The notes under the pieces are model-generated. The model worked only from the letters and a program-made list of their open reading frames with translations. It had not been told where the DNA came from and searched no databases. Shown in pieces: positions 7,837-18,266 of a stretch of 59,803 bases of DNA. The stretch comes from a virus. Its lineage: Duplodnaviria; Caudoviricetes. A program made the position numbers and the translations under genes. Positions within the stretch are counted from its first letter, which is position 1; each line of letters opens with the position of its first letter. The DNA lies in IMG/VR virus record IMGVR_UViG_3300033993_001438, positions 1-59,803 of that record; one strand, given 5' to 3'.

Positions 7837-10800
7837 TCTGCACCCCCAGGATGGCAAGCGGGTCGTTCTCCATCTTCTTCCGCTCGCGGGCCTTCTTTGC
7901 GGCCTCTGACTGGAGGACCCGGTACAGGAGGTACTGCCGCTGCTCCTGCGGCGAGAGCTTCACCAGTTCTTCCGGCTTGATGAACAGGTTTTCGTAGCTG
8001 CTCATTCCCTTGGCCTGGTCCAGCAACTGGTTCAAAGTGGTGCGGGCCGCGAGCCTGGCGGTCCGCTCCTGGTCAACGTCCTGCACCTTCACGCCGGTGA
8101 GCATGTTGAACAGGAACTTGGCCGCACGCTCCTGCGGGCTGATGCGGGTGTCCATGGCCTGGCGAATGGTTCCGGCAACCCGCGACCCGCCGGGGAGGTT
8201 GAACACAGCCTGGTCGATCAGCCGCCCGCCAGGCAGGTCCATCTGCTCGGCAAGCGAGTACAGGTCCGACAACTGCCGGCCGCTGTAGAACTGGCGGTTG
8301 GTAAAGAACTCCAGCGGCGCCTTGAACAGCGGGTTGGTCTGGCCAAGCAGGTTCTGCCCCGTCTTGGTCAGCATGTCGATTGCCTGGCCGGTGAGCGTGT
8401 TGCCCACGCCCGGCGTCAGGAGGTTTAGCAGGCCCTCATGCGGCAGATCGACGTTGGTGAGGACACGCGAGATGCCGGGCGTGTTAACACCAAGCAGCGG
8501 GAACGACGGGTCGATGGGGATCGCCGCAGACTGCCGCAGGTACTCCGGCGTGAATCGATCCTCCGACGGCTCGGAGAGTCGATTGATGCCGCGGATGCTC
8601 TGGCCCATGAGGCCAGACGGGTTGTTGATCAGCTCCTGGGCGACGAGCGGTGAGATGCCCTTGGTGTAGGAGTAGAACGGAATGAGCCGCTTCAGGATGT
8701 CCCGCTCAAACGCGGTGAACGCCTCCGGGCGGTAGTTCACCTGCGTCAGGTCAGCGACCGCCTTCGCCGCGGCGGGGGCGTCACCCTTGCGGACACGCGT
8801 GAGGTACGCGCCAATGCGGTTGAATGCATCGCTACCCTCCGCCGCCCGGTCACCCAGCTCAAGCAGCCAGTTCCTGTTGCCTTGCGCAGTGCGAAGGGCC
8901 CCCAGGTCCCACGGGATGGGCCGGCGCCGAATCCGCTCGCCCATTCCTTGGAAGATAGGACCTGCCCCACCAGGGAACGTCTCGTTGTACGTGAGGTTGC
9001 TGGCCTGCCGCCCCAGGTCGTCGGACACGGATCCGAACGTGAGCCCCTCGCCGGCCGCCTCCGTGAGGAACTTGCGAACACGGGCCTCGGAAAGCTGCTC
9101 GGCAGACGGTGCGGCGCCAACAGGGAACAGGTCATCGACCTGGTAGCCAGGCGCCCGCTCAAGCTGCCTGGCGAGCGGGCCGTAGTTGCCACCACGCACG
9201 CCCACAGCCGCCGCGGCGTCAAACGGGTTGAATGCCCCCTGCGTTGCACCGGCGAATGCACCGGAGTACATGTCACGCACGTAGCGGGCTGGCCATAAAA
9301 GTGCCAGCGACTTAAATCGCTGCGTGTAGTTGTCAATGCCTTTCAGAAGGCCTTCGGCCTCACGTGGCGCTCTGGCGCTTGTCAGGTTGGTGTTGAGCCT
9401 GTCCACCAGATCGCGCGAGAATGAGCGACCACTAAGCAGCTCATCAGGGCTCACGCCCATGCGGCGTGCCAACGCCAGCACGCCAGCGTCATCCTCCTTG
9501 GTCGCCATGAAGCCCAGCTCGCGGAGGGCTTCCAGGGGCGTGTAGACCGCACCACCCGGAACGTCGTCGGCGGCCTGGATCAGGGCGTTGGAAGACAGCT
9601 CGTCCAGGAGGATGTCGGCGGTTGCCTCTCGCCTGGCGTTGTGCCGCACGTAGCTGGAGAGGTCGTTGAGCGCGTTGCCGTACAGCGGGATGCCCTCGTC
9701 TGCCCGCTGCAGCGGCGTCCTGCGAAGGCTGTCTGCGAGGTCTTCGTAGGCACTCTGCTGGCGGCGGCCAACCTCGGCGGCCTTCTCCATGGCCTCGTCG
9801 CTGAGGTCCGTTGGGTCAAGGCCGGATGCCATGTAGTCGAATGGCATGCCGCCATCGCGGATCGGCCGGAAATCCGACGCGTTGGCGGTCAGCCAGTCGT
9901 CAAGAACCAGGCGAGCCTCGGTGTTGGGTGCGTTCCGGAGCGCGGCCTGGAGGTCCGCGTCCTGGTACATCTTGTTGAGTACCCACCGCGGGAATGCCTC
10001 GGTGTACCCACGGCGAGACGAGCGGGTGCCGTCGTTGATCGACGCCACCGCACGGTCACGCAGGGGGATGGTCTTGGTGCCCTGGAACCGCGGATCGTAC
10101 TTGGCCGCCGGGATGTCGGTGGCCTGCCGCGTGAAGTAGCGGATGAAGTTGGGCAGTTCCTTGTGCTTGAGCGGAATGCCGAGACGCTCGGCTCTCCCAA
10201 GCGCATCCCTCTGCTCGTCAATGGCGAACCGAACAGCCTGTCGCACGTTGGGGTCGCGGAACAGCCTTCGCATCTCAGGGGGAAGCTGGCGGGCCTGCTT
10301 CTCCATGACGTCACCAAACGCCCTGGCGAACTCCTGCGACCGTACTATCTGCTCGCCAGTCATACCGGCCAAAGTGGTGCCGGTAAACGCGTCTGGGTTG
10401 GCCTCGGCGTACCTGCCGACGTCCTGCATGAGCTGCGCGTGCATGTCCGCAAGACGGCGGTTCACATCCCGCATCGCCGTCTGCTCGCCGCTCGTCACCC
10501 GCCGTCCGAACATCTGCCCCTGTTCGTCGGTGAATCCCTTGACCCGCGAGTCAAACAGGGCCTGGGCACCCCTCAAGGCAGGGCCGATGACTGGCGTGGC
10601 ACGGGCGTTGGTCTGCAGCCAGTCGCTGCCGCGGGCGAGGTAGTCGCCCACGGTGGAGCCGTACATGTCGAACGCATCATCCACAAGGTACGGCACCTTG
10701 AGGTAGTTGCTCCTTGTCAGCGGCTGCGCCCATTGCTCGGCGGTCCCGCCGGCCTGCTCAAAAGCACGCCGTGCGCTCAGGAGCGACTCCTGGCGAGCGG

Positions 10801-11449
10801 CGTCTTCAGCCAGTGTGCGTACGGCAACATCATCGATGTCACGCCCAGCCCTCGTCGCAGCCTGCTCTGCCATGTCGTCGGCCAGGTAGGACGGCGTGGC
10901 GTTGCGAAGGAACGTCGCCGGGCCAGTGTTTGGCAATGCGCCAGTCTCTGCGGCGCGAGCGGCGCGCAGCACCAGGTCGTCGCCGGCCGTTCCCATGAGC
11001 CCCGCTCGCGTGGCGGCCTTGGCGGCGGCAGTCTTGGCCCCTGTACCCAGAAGTGCTGACAAACCAAAGGAGGCGTAGGTCAGGGGGTCCAAAAGAATTT
11101 CGGCCCCAATTCCGCCCGCGAAGTTGCCCCAGCTGTCTTCCGGGCCAGCCATCCCGTACTGCCGCAGAAGCTCGCGGCCGGTGACCCGCTCGTCGGCCGT
11201 GCCGAACACAGACAACGGATCGCCGGCCAGGACGCCGCGGACGAAAGCGCCGGGAGTGTCTAGCGCCCACCCAAACGCCGACAGGCCAGAGGAGCCCTGG
11301 TTGGCAAGCTCTCGGAGGAGGGAGTCCTTCTCCTCCTCCGGCATGAGGTCGGCTAGGGTGCGGCGCTTCCTGCGGGTTACAGGAAGTACGCCATACCCAT
11401 CGACCTCTAGCGGATCGTCATAGATGTCAAAGAGAGGGGACTGCGACAT
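7829..11449 (-). CDS. Large internal virion/ejection protein
   Basis: 1206 aa, Ala/Arg-rich, with a KRLIPFYSY-type C-terminal region; terminal position in a podovirus-like operon. Confidence 0.7.
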   Translation of the reverse strand: MSQSPLFDIYDDPLEVDGYGVLPVTRRKRRTLADLMPEEEKDSLLRELANQGSSGLSAFGWALDTPGAFVRGVLAGDPLSVFGTADERVTGRELLRQYGMAGPEDSWGNFAGGIGAEILLDPLTYASFGLSALLGTGAKTAAAKAATRAGLMGTAGDDLVLRAARAAETGALPNTGPATFLRNATPSYLADDMAEQAATRAGRDIDDVAVRTLAEDAARQESLLSARRAFEQAGGTAEQWAQPLTRSNYLKVPYLVDDAFDMYGSTVGDYLARGSDWLQTNARATPVIGPALRGAQALFDSRVKGFTDEQGQMFGRRVTSGEQTAMRDVNRRLADMHAQLMQDVGRYAEANPDAFTGTTLAGMTGEQIVRSQEFARAFGDVMEKQARQLPPEMRRLFRDPNVRQAVRFAIDEQRDALGRAERLGIPLKHKELPNFIRYFTRQATDIPAAKYDPRFQGTKTIPLRDRAVASINDGTRSSRRGYTEAFPRWVLNKMYQDADLQAALRNAPNTEARLVLDDWLTANASDFRPIRDGGMPFDYMASGLDPTDLSDEAMEKAAEVGRRQQSAYEDLADSLRRTPLQRADEGIPLYGNALNDLSSYVRHNARREATADILLDELSSNALIQAADDVPGGAVYTPLEALRELGFMATKEDDAGVLALARRMGVSPDELLSGRSFSRDLVDRLNTNLTSARAPREAEGLLKGIDNYTQRFKSLALLWPARYVRDMYSGAFAGATQGAFNPFDAAAAVGVRGGNYGPLARQLERAPGYQVDDLFPVGAAPSAEQLSEARVRKFLTEAAGEGLTFGSVSDDLGRQASNLTYNETFPGGAGPIFQGMGERIRRRPIPWDLGALRTAQGNRNWLLELGDRAAEGSDAFNRIGAYLTRVRKGDAPAAAKAVADLTQVNYRPEAFTAFERDILKRLIPFYSYTKGISPLVAQELINNPSGLMGQSIRGINRLSEPSEDRFTPEYLRQSAAIPIDPSFPLLGVNTPGISRVLTNVDLPHEGLLNLLTPGVGNTLTGQAIDMLTKTGQNLLGQTNPLFKAPLEFFTNRQFYSGRQLSDLYSLAEQMDLPGGRLIDQAVFNLPGGSRVAGTIRQAMDTRISPQERAAKFLFNMLTGVKVQDVDQERTARLAARTTLNQLLDQAKGMSSYENLFIKPEELVKLSPQEQRQYLLYRVLQSEAAKKARERKKMENDPLAILGVQNA

Positions 11450-11467
11450 TGGTCATGGCCTGCCAGG

Positions 11468-13738
11468 TCAGTACCACGGTGCAGGCATTGGCCCGCGTGG
11501 ACCTGACGAAGGTGCAGCTGGAAACGGCGAGGCAGGTTGTGCGGCTGCAGTCGCAGGCTCGCCAGCCGTCAGATCATTCATAATCGCATCGGCCTCAATG
11601 GCCGTTGCGCCTGCTCGCCGCAGCGCGTCACGGGCCCGCTTCTCCCGGGATTCGCCCGTCATGTTAAAGGTGGCGGTGTACGCCGCGCCAGCAGCCTGAC
11701 GCATGGACTGCATGCGAGCCTCCTGGCGAATCGCAGCAGCCTGGGCCGCCGCATCCCCGCCAAGCCCGCCGGCAAGAGCCTCGGCGTTCACAAGCTTATT
11801 GCCAAGGCGAAGCTCGTTGGCGCGCACATCGTTGGGAGTGGCCCCGCCAATGTCTCCGCCAGACAGGCGGTTTGCCATGACCTGGTTCTGCCAATCATTG
11901 GGCAGCATCCCAAGCCCAGCGGAGAACGCTCGCGTTCCTCCGGGCCCGCTCGTCGGCTGGCCGCCGGCAAGCATGGCAGCCTGGCGGGCAGCCTTGACGC
12001 GCTCCAGGCGGTCACGGTCGCGGTTGCCCTGCGCCAGTGTCCGCAGTGGCTCAAAGGTGGCGTGCGAGCCTGCCACGGCGCCATCCTGGCCCTCCGCCTC
12101 CCTAACCATCTTTTCCGCTTGGTCATACGGAATGCCGCCCTGCTCGGCAATCGCCTTGATCCGCAGCCGGCGGGCCTGTGGAGTTCCCGCAGCGTGCCCC
12201 TGGAACCCCTGCGGGACCGTCTTGAACGCACTCTCGGCAGACTCCGGCGTAACCTGGTACACCATCACTCGCTGGCCGCTAATGTCGGTCGCCATCTGAG
12301 GCGCGTAGCCGCGGGCGACAAGGTCAGGACGAGAACCCGGGCGGCCATCAGAACCGACAGGCGAGTCCGGATGCTCGGCTTTGACGAGGTAGGACACCTT
12401 GCCGTTTGGCATTGGGACAGGAACATACCCACGCCTGGCCATGTCGCGGTCACGCTGCGAATACTCTGCGTACCCTTCGGTCGCCATGCCATTCGGCACG
12501 GAGCCGGGCTCCGCGCGGTAGTCATAGTCATACGCTTCCGTCTCGCTCATCTCTCGCGAAACGCGGCTTGGCACGCCATCAAATCCACTGGGTCCTGGGA
12601 CAGTGTGGTTTCGGTATTCGCCAACGCGACCACGGCCGCCCTTTAGCCGAGAGTCAACCTCGGCCTGCGTAATGGTGGTGCCTTCCCGTGTCTGGCGGGA
12701 CTCCGCCACAAGCGCCTGCTGCCAAGCGTCGTCCAGGCCCATGTTTCTTGTTCGCACAAGGTGCGTGGCAAGCGCCCGCACTCGCTTGACGTCAGCTCCG
12801 TCGAAGGCCTTGTACCCAGCCCACATCTGCTCGTCTTCGCCTGCCGGCTGCCTGGGAGGCGGCGCCTTCGCTGGAACGCCACCCCGCCCGGGCCCGCGCA
12901 TCAGCATCACCTGGGCACGGGACCAGGCCTCGTCCCTGGGAATACCTTGCGACACCAGGTCGCCGGCAACCTCTTGCACGCGAGCTTCGTCCAAACCTTC
13001 CGACACTGGCGGCATGCCGTCGAAAGGCACCTCGCCATCGACTGGGAGCGGCAGGGACGCACCTTCGTTGCGGCCTGGAGCGGCCGGCTGCCGTGGCTGC
13101 TGGTAGCGTGGGGCGCCGTCAGAGGACACATCCGCAGTCGTCTCGCGGTACGCGTCAGCAACCGCCTTTCGCAGGACTTCCTCATGCATCTTCAGCACAT
13201 CAGGGCGAACGCGAGGAGGGTTGTCCAGGAAATCCTTGAGACGCGCCTGTGCGTCCTGCAGCTTGATCGCTGGGGAAAACTCTCGCGGCCTGGCAGGACC
13301 GGCAGACCTGGCAGCCTTGCCGCGGTTTCTCCAGGCATCCTCCTCCTCCATCACGGCACGCTCGCGAGCAGCATCCGGGTCCATCCCTTGCTGTCGAAAG
13401 TACCGCTCCATGTCAACGATCCGCTGCTCGCTGCGGCTGTAGCGCGGAACTTCCTTCTCGGCCATCTCAATCGCCATCTGGGGCGAGTAGACGCCGGGGT
13501 TCTCCACCATGATCTGCTCGGCACGGCTCTGGATGGACTCTTTCCGATCCCACACCGGGTAGCCGCCGGCATAGCCAAGCTCGTTCCTGCCCGGGTTCAT
13601 CCATTCGTCAGGGCCAACAGCTCCGCCGGGGATGTCCGGCAGCGGGTAGTCACGCCCCCACAGCTGCCGAGACATGCGGGCGCGCTCGTCTGCCTGCCGC
13701 TCACGCCAGGTCGCTTCGTCCATCCAGCCGGTAGGCAT
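11468..13738 (-). CDS. Putative internal virion protein
   Basis: 756-aa low-complexity ORF in the ejection-protein position. Confidence 0.6.
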   Translation of the reverse strand: MPTGWMDEATWRERQADERARMSRQLWGRDYPLPDIPGGAVGPDEWMNPGRNELGYAGGYPVWDRKESIQSRAEQIMVENPGVYSPQMAIEMAEKEVPRYSRSEQRIVDMERYFRQQGMDPDAARERAVMEEEDAWRNRGKAARSAGPARPREFSPAIKLQDAQARLKDFLDNPPRVRPDVLKMHEEVLRKAVADAYRETTADVSSDGAPRYQQPRQPAAPGRNEGASLPLPVDGEVPFDGMPPVSEGLDEARVQEVAGDLVSQGIPRDEAWSRAQVMLMRGPGRGGVPAKAPPPRQPAGEDEQMWAGYKAFDGADVKRVRALATHLVRTRNMGLDDAWQQALVAESRQTREGTTITQAEVDSRLKGGRGRVGEYRNHTVPGPSGFDGVPSRVSREMSETEAYDYDYRAEPGSVPNGMATEGYAEYSQRDRDMARRGYVPVPMPNGKVSYLVKAEHPDSPVGSDGRPGSRPDLVARGYAPQMATDISGQRVMVYQVTPESAESAFKTVPQGFQGHAAGTPQARRLRIKAIAEQGGIPYDQAEKMVREAEGQDGAVAGSHATFEPLRTLAQGNRDRDRLERVKAARQAAMLAGGQPTSGPGGTRAFSAGLGMLPNDWQNQVMANRLSGGDIGGATPNDVRANELRLGNKLVNAEALAGGLGGDAAAQAAAIRQEARMQSMRQAAGAAYTATFNMTGESREKRARDALRRAGATAIEADAIMNDLTAGEPATAAAQPASPFPAAPSSGPRGPMPAPWY

Positions 13739-13740
13739 AA

Positions 13741-14628
13741 CTATCTCCCGTATCGCTGCCGTAGGATCCGGCTGATGGCCTCAGACGGGCTCTCGTTGTC
13801 GAAAGAAATCGACGGGTCTTCTGTAAAAATGTCCGGCGTAGGCATGGGGTCAGGCGGAATAGATGGGTCCCGGAACTCCTGGATTGCGGCCTCCATAGGC
13901 CCTAGACCGGAGTCAAACGTGATGTCCTGGCCAAGCCCGTCCATGGCGGCCAGCATCGCTTCACTGGTCAGGCGGCGGCCCTCCAGTCGCCTGTCGGCAT
14001 CGTCGGCGTACGCGCGCTGGTCTTCCGACCGCATCTGCCTGTCGGCCAGGGCGTCGTACACGCCGACGCCTCCCGCCGCGGTGGCCGCCGCTGGCACCGC
14101 GTACTTGCTGGCCACGCGTCCGATGGCGTCCATGGCGGCCTGGGTCTGGACACGCCGGCGTTCAGCAGCGGCGGCCTGCTGGAGACTGGCGGCACGGGCA
14201 TCGTCCTGGGCCTGGAACGCCAGTGACGCGACCGACTGCGCTCGCTGCTCAGGGCTCAGCCTCTCCAGCCTGGACCGCATCAGGGCGTTCCCGCGGAGTG
14301 CATCCAGGGCCTCGGAGGACGGCGAATCTGCGTTCTCCAGGGCCTCCGTGCCGGCGGCGTTCATCACCCGCTCTTCGGCCCAGGAGCGGGGGCCGCCAAT
14401 CGCCGCATACTCCACGGACACGGGGTCCAGCGGCTGGCGGGGGACTTCGACCTGCACCTTGGGCGACTCAAGCTCCGCGAGCTTGCGGGCCAGGTCATCG
14501 ATCACATCCTGCGAGCGGCCAAAGTGAACGGCGTCGTTCATGGCCGTGCGGGCGAGGTTGCGGAGAACCTCGGCCTTGCGGGCCTCGTCGGCCATCTCGG
14601 TCAGTGCGCGGCGGATCAGGTCGCTCAT
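13741..14628 (-). CDS. Putative internal virion protein
   Basis: 295 aa, Ala-rich; start overlaps the upstream stop (ATGA). Confidence 0.6.
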   Translation of the reverse strand: MSDLIRRALTEMADEARKAEVLRNLARTAMNDAVHFGRSQDVIDDLARKLAELESPKVQVEVPRQPLDPVSVEYAAIGGPRSWAEERVMNAAGTEALENADSPSSEALDALRGNALMRSRLERLSPEQRAQSVASLAFQAQDDARAASLQQAAAAERRRVQTQAAMDAIGRVASKYAVPAAATAAGGVGVYDALADRQMRSEDQRAYADDADRRLEGRRLTSEAMLAAMDGLGQDITFDSGLGPMEAAIQEFRDPSIPPDPMPTPDIFTEDPSISFDNESPSEAISRILRQRYGR

Positions 14629-14867
14629 GCCTTCTTGCCCTTCTTCGGCTCGTCGTCGTCCATGGCGATCTTGCTCACGGAACCCCGCTTCTCCTCGCGG
14701 AGGTCAGCGAGGTCGTTGGATTCCTTGTGCGCCTGCTCAAGCTGATCCAGGACCTCCTGCTCCTCGTCGCCGTCCGAAGCGGCCATGAGCTGCTGGATAA
14801 TGCGGGCCATGGCTGACTTGGTGAGGTCGCCTGGAATCGCAACGCTAACGCTCTTTTTCGCAGCCAT
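14625..14867 (-). CDS. Small charged protein
   Basis: GAGG RBS; tight operon packing. Confidence 0.7.
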   Translation of the reverse strand: MAAKKSVSVAIPGDLTKSAMARIIQQLMAASDGDEEQEVLDQLEQAHKESNDLADLREEKRGSVSKIAMDDDEPKKGKKA

Positions 14868-14869
14868 GG

Positions 14870-15289
14870 TTACCTCAAAAGTCCTCCGAGAAGATTGCCT
14901 GCCAGCCCCAGCATCATGCCTTGGCGTTGGATCGCGTCCGCCTGGCGGTTGTAGGCGTTCTGCTGCTGAAGCCCGCCCAGCGCCTGGGCGTACTGCTCAT
15001 TGGCCTGCTGGCCCTGAAGCTGCATGTTGGCGTTGTATGCGTTCTGCTGCAGGTTCTGTGAGTAGGCGTCCGCCACGGCGTTCGCCATCTCGCTGGCGCC
15101 CTGGATGCCGGCCTGGTTCATCTGGCCGCGGCCGACAGAGACGCCGGGGCGGATCAGGTTGCCGCGCTTGAGAGCGCCACGTGGGTCGCCAAGGGCAAGG
15201 GCCTGTGCCTGGGCGTTGTTAAACACGGCACCGATCTGCTGTCCGCCAATGCCAAGCGGCGGCTGCGTGTAGACGTTGACGTTGTTCAA
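14870..15289 (-). CDS. Gln/Asn/Gly-rich putative ejection protein
   Basis: Composition; ends LLGGLLR. Confidence 0.65.
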   Translation of the reverse strand: MNNVNVYTQPPLGIGGQQIGAVFNNAQAQALALGDPRGALKRGNLIRPGVSVGRGQMNQAGIQGASEMANAVADAYSQNLQQNAYNANMQLQGQQANEQYAQALGGLQQQNAYNRQADAIQRQGMMLGLAGNLLGGLLR

Positions 15290-15621
15290 GAGAAAAGCCC
15301 CTGAAGGAGTGGGCTCACGGAGTTCAGCCGGGCGCTGGCAAGCTGACGCTGCTGATCTTCGGCCTGCGACATTTGCTGGAGCCCGGCCAGAGCGAGAGAC
15401 TGCTGTGCCCGCATCCGCTGCATCTCGGCGTCGGCGTTCTCCTTGCTCACCGCGGCGTCGAACCCAGCCGCATTGACGCTGCCAGCCGCGTCAAGGACGT
15501 CTTGCTGGTTCTGGCCGTACGCCGCGTAGGGCGACTGCATGTTCAGCCCAGAGAGAGCGGCAGCCCTCTGCTGAGGCGAGTACGGCACCGGCGGATTGAA
15601 CTGCGAGTTGTAGGAAATCAC
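15286..15621 (-). CDS. Gln-rich putative ejection protein
   Basis: Composition; ends LLQGLFS; resembles 14870..15289. Confidence 0.65.
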   Translation of the reverse strand: MISYNSQFNPPVPYSPQQRAAALSGLNMQSPYAAYGQNQQDVLDAAGSVNAAGFDAAVSKENADAEMQRMRAQQSLALAGLQQMSQAEDQQRQLASARLNSVSPLLQGLFS

Positions 15622-17309
15622 CGCGTCACCCTAGTCGGCCGGCGAGCCGGCGGGGCGATTCCTTCCCGCTGGCTACGAATGCGTTCGTTGCGCGCATCCT
15701 CAATCTCCCACCGCTCCTGCATGTCGGCAAGGGTGGGGTTGTTGGTCATGTTGCGAATAAACCGCTGCGCGTCGTTCCGGAAGTCATTGTTCATTTGGCC
15801 GATCTGGGACGACGCCTGCTGCAGGCCGCTGTTGATTCCGCTGCGGGCGCTGTCATAGCCGCTGCCGAGACGGCCCATTGCGTCACCGAACCCGGCGCCC
15901 ATCTGTCTCTGCGTTGACCCAAACCCTGCGCCCATGGCACCGGCAAGCGATCCAAGCTGGCCCTGGAGGCCGCCGAACGCGTTGCCCATCTGAGCGTTGG
16001 TGTCTCGCAGGTTTCGCCCCAGGCCTCCCGCGAACGAGCCAAGCTGCGACTGCGCCCCGTAGTACCCGGAGGAGAGTGCGGCAAGCAGACCGGACTGGTC
16101 GGTGTTGCTGCGATTCTGTGAGGCGTAGAACTGATCCATGCCGCGGCCAGCCTCGCCGTACGCGTCGCCAGCAAGGCCTCGCAGGCCAGACAGCGAAGAC
16201 TTGAGCATGTCGGCAGGCGTGCCGCGTGAAGTCATGTGCTGGGCGTTCAGGGCACCAAGCCCGGTCATGTAGTTGTTGCTCAGGCCGCCCGTGACGTCGG
16301 ACGACATGAGGTTCGACTGCAGGCCATCAAGCCCGCCGAAGGTCTGGCCGGCGAACCGCTCAGGGTTCGCCCCGGAACGCTTCGACACCTGCGTCGAAAG
16401 GCCACCGAGGGCCCCTCCGCCACCATAGCTGCCGTCGGCAATCGGACCGCCAACTCCAGTGGCCGTGAACCCGCTGCCTCCGCCGCCAGCGCCACCGTCC
16501 GACATGGTCATGTTGGCGTCAGAGAACGCACTTGCGTTGGCGAGGCCCTGGCCGGCGGATGCGTACGAGTTGCCAAGAGTCCCAAGCGCCGCATTGCGGG
16601 TCGAACCGTACGTCGAAAGAGCCTGCTGATTGGCGGCCATCATGTCCGCCATGGCGGAGTTGTAGGCCGTCTGATTGGCACCCCATGCGCCTAGCGCCGA
16701 GTTTGCCGCAGACCCATACGCGCCAAGGGCAGCGGCGCCGACGTTCCCCATGGCCCCCTGCCGGGCGGCTTCTGCCATGGCATTGGCGGCGGCGATGTTG
16801 GACCGCTCGTTCGCAGCCGCGGTGGCAGCGTTCCCAAGGCCAGATGCGTAGGCCCCGTACGCGTTTGCAGCGCTGCTGCCGAGGGCGCCGACGCCCTGGG
16901 CGTACCCGCCGTACGCGTTCCCAAGCCCGCCCGTGTATGCGTTGAACGCGTTTCCAGCCGTGTTGGCAAGACTTCCAAGGCCCTGGGCATAGCCTCCGTA
17001 AGCGTTGCCAAGACCCTGCGCATAGCCGCCGTAAGTCTGGCCAATCCCTCCAGCCAGGCCGTTGTAGGCGCTCGCAAGCGACGGGGCCGCAGCACCGTAT
17101 GCGTTGCCAATCGCGTTGGCGAACAGGGCCGGCTGGGAAAAGATCGTTGACAGAATGTCGGCTTGCGCCGCGGGCACAGCCTGGTTGGCGGCTGCCATGG
17201 CCCGCCCGCGGGCTTCGGCCTGGGTGGCGCGAACCATGGCGTCGCTCTGGTGCGCCTTGGTCGCGGCCAGTTGGCCGAGCGGATCCCCAAAAAACTGATA
17301 CTGCGCCAC
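15618..17309 (-). CDS. Gly/Ala-rich DNA pilot-like protein with 11-aa repeats
   Basis: Repeated YGGYAQGLGNA units. Confidence 0.7.
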   Translation of the reverse strand: MAQYQFFGDPLGQLAATKAHQSDAMVRATQAEARGRAMAAANQAVPAAQADILSTIFSQPALFANAIGNAYGAAAPSLASAYNGLAGGIGQTYGGYAQGLGNAYGGYAQGLGSLANTAGNAFNAYTGGLGNAYGGYAQGVGALGSSAANAYGAYASGLGNAATAAANERSNIAAANAMAEAARQGAMGNVGAAALGAYGSAANSALGAWGANQTAYNSAMADMMAANQQALSTYGSTRNAALGTLGNSYASAGQGLANASAFSDANMTMSDGGAGGGGSGFTATGVGGPIADGSYGGGGALGGLSTQVSKRSGANPERFAGQTFGGLDGLQSNLMSSDVTGGLSNNYMTGLGALNAQHMTSRGTPADMLKSSLSGLRGLAGDAYGEAGRGMDQFYASQNRSNTDQSGLLAALSSGYYGAQSQLGSFAGGLGRNLRDTNAQMGNAFGGLQGQLGSLAGAMGAGFGSTQRQMGAGFGDAMGRLGSGYDSARSGINSGLQQASSQIGQMNNDFRNDAQRFIRNMTNNPTLADMQERWEIEDARNERIRSQREGIAPPARRPTRVTR

Positions 17310-17342
17310 GTGCTTGTCTCCTACAACCTAATGTCTCTTTGG

Positions 17343-18266
17343 CTAGACATACACCACAGGTACCACCTGCTTGATGTTGTCCTTGGGCACAATCTGGCAG
17401 TCGTCCGTAAGCTCAAACTCTGGAATCTGGGCGTATCCGTTGTCCCCGTCGTTGCCCGGAGGCCCTGGGAATCCCGGGAGGGTGACAATGGTCGTCACGC
17501 CGTCCCGGCCTTGGATGCCCATGCGGCCCCGCCTGCCATCGCGGCCCCTGGCCCCGCCGAACCCGTCGAATCCATTGGCTCCGTTGAAGCCGTTGAGGCC
17601 GTTGTTGGCAATCCCATCAAACCCGTCGATCCCCGCCGCCCCTGGCGCACCAGCCGGGCCAACGGACACGCCGAATCCGCCGGTCCCGTTCAGGCCCGGT
17701 ATGCCGGCCGCACCAGTCGAACCCGCCGGCCCGGCTGGACCTGCCTGGCCTGACTGGCCGGGGGGATTGTTGTTGATGGTCCGGGCATCGATGTTTTCTA
17801 CGGTGATGTTGTCGCCGTAGGCATCGCCAAACGTGATGGCGCCGCCCACCTGGAACGTCGGCCCGCCGTACGTTGGGTAGGTGTTGAACGCCTGTGAGAT
17901 TGGGAGATTAAACGTATCGCCGCCGTAGCTGTGGAAGTTGGATGGGCCTCTTGAAAACCCAGGGACGTCAACGAACGTGCCGCCTGAGGAGCCGCCTCCA
18001 GGCCCCGGGAGGATTGGCGCAAAGTCCGCCGGGTTCCAGGGAGTCTGCCCCGGGAACCCAGGTGAGTAGCCTCCTCCAGGTCCTGCCCCGTACACGCCGG
18101 ACATGTGATACAGCGACAGGCCTGGCTGTATGGTTACGTTGCCGCGGTGCGTGATCGGCTGCGCGCAGTTACCCAGGAGCTGCATCAACGATTGTGCAAG
18201 CTGGGGAGGCAGTTGCCCGCCAGACAGGCGAGCGAGCGACGGCATGCTCTGGGTGTCAAAGCCCAT
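17343..18266 (-). CDS. Collagen-like (Gly-X-Y) virion protein
   Basis: GQSGQAGPAGPAGSTGAAGIPGLNGTG...GARGRDGRRGRMGIQGRDG tracts. Confidence 0.8.
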   Translation of the reverse strand: MGFDTQSMPSLARLSGGQLPPQLAQSLMQLLGNCAQPITHRGNVTIQPGLSLYHMSGVYGAGPGGGYSPGFPGQTPWNPADFAPILPGPGGGSSGGTFVDVPGFSRGPSNFHSYGGDTFNLPISQAFNTYPTYGGPTFQVGGAITFGDAYGDNITVENIDARTINNNPPGQSGQAGPAGPAGSTGAAGIPGLNGTGGFGVSVGPAGAPGAAGIDGFDGIANNGLNGFNGANGFDGFGGARGRDGRRGRMGIQGRDGVTTIVTLPGFPGPPGNDGDNGYAQIPEFELTDDCQIVPKDNIKQVVPVVYV

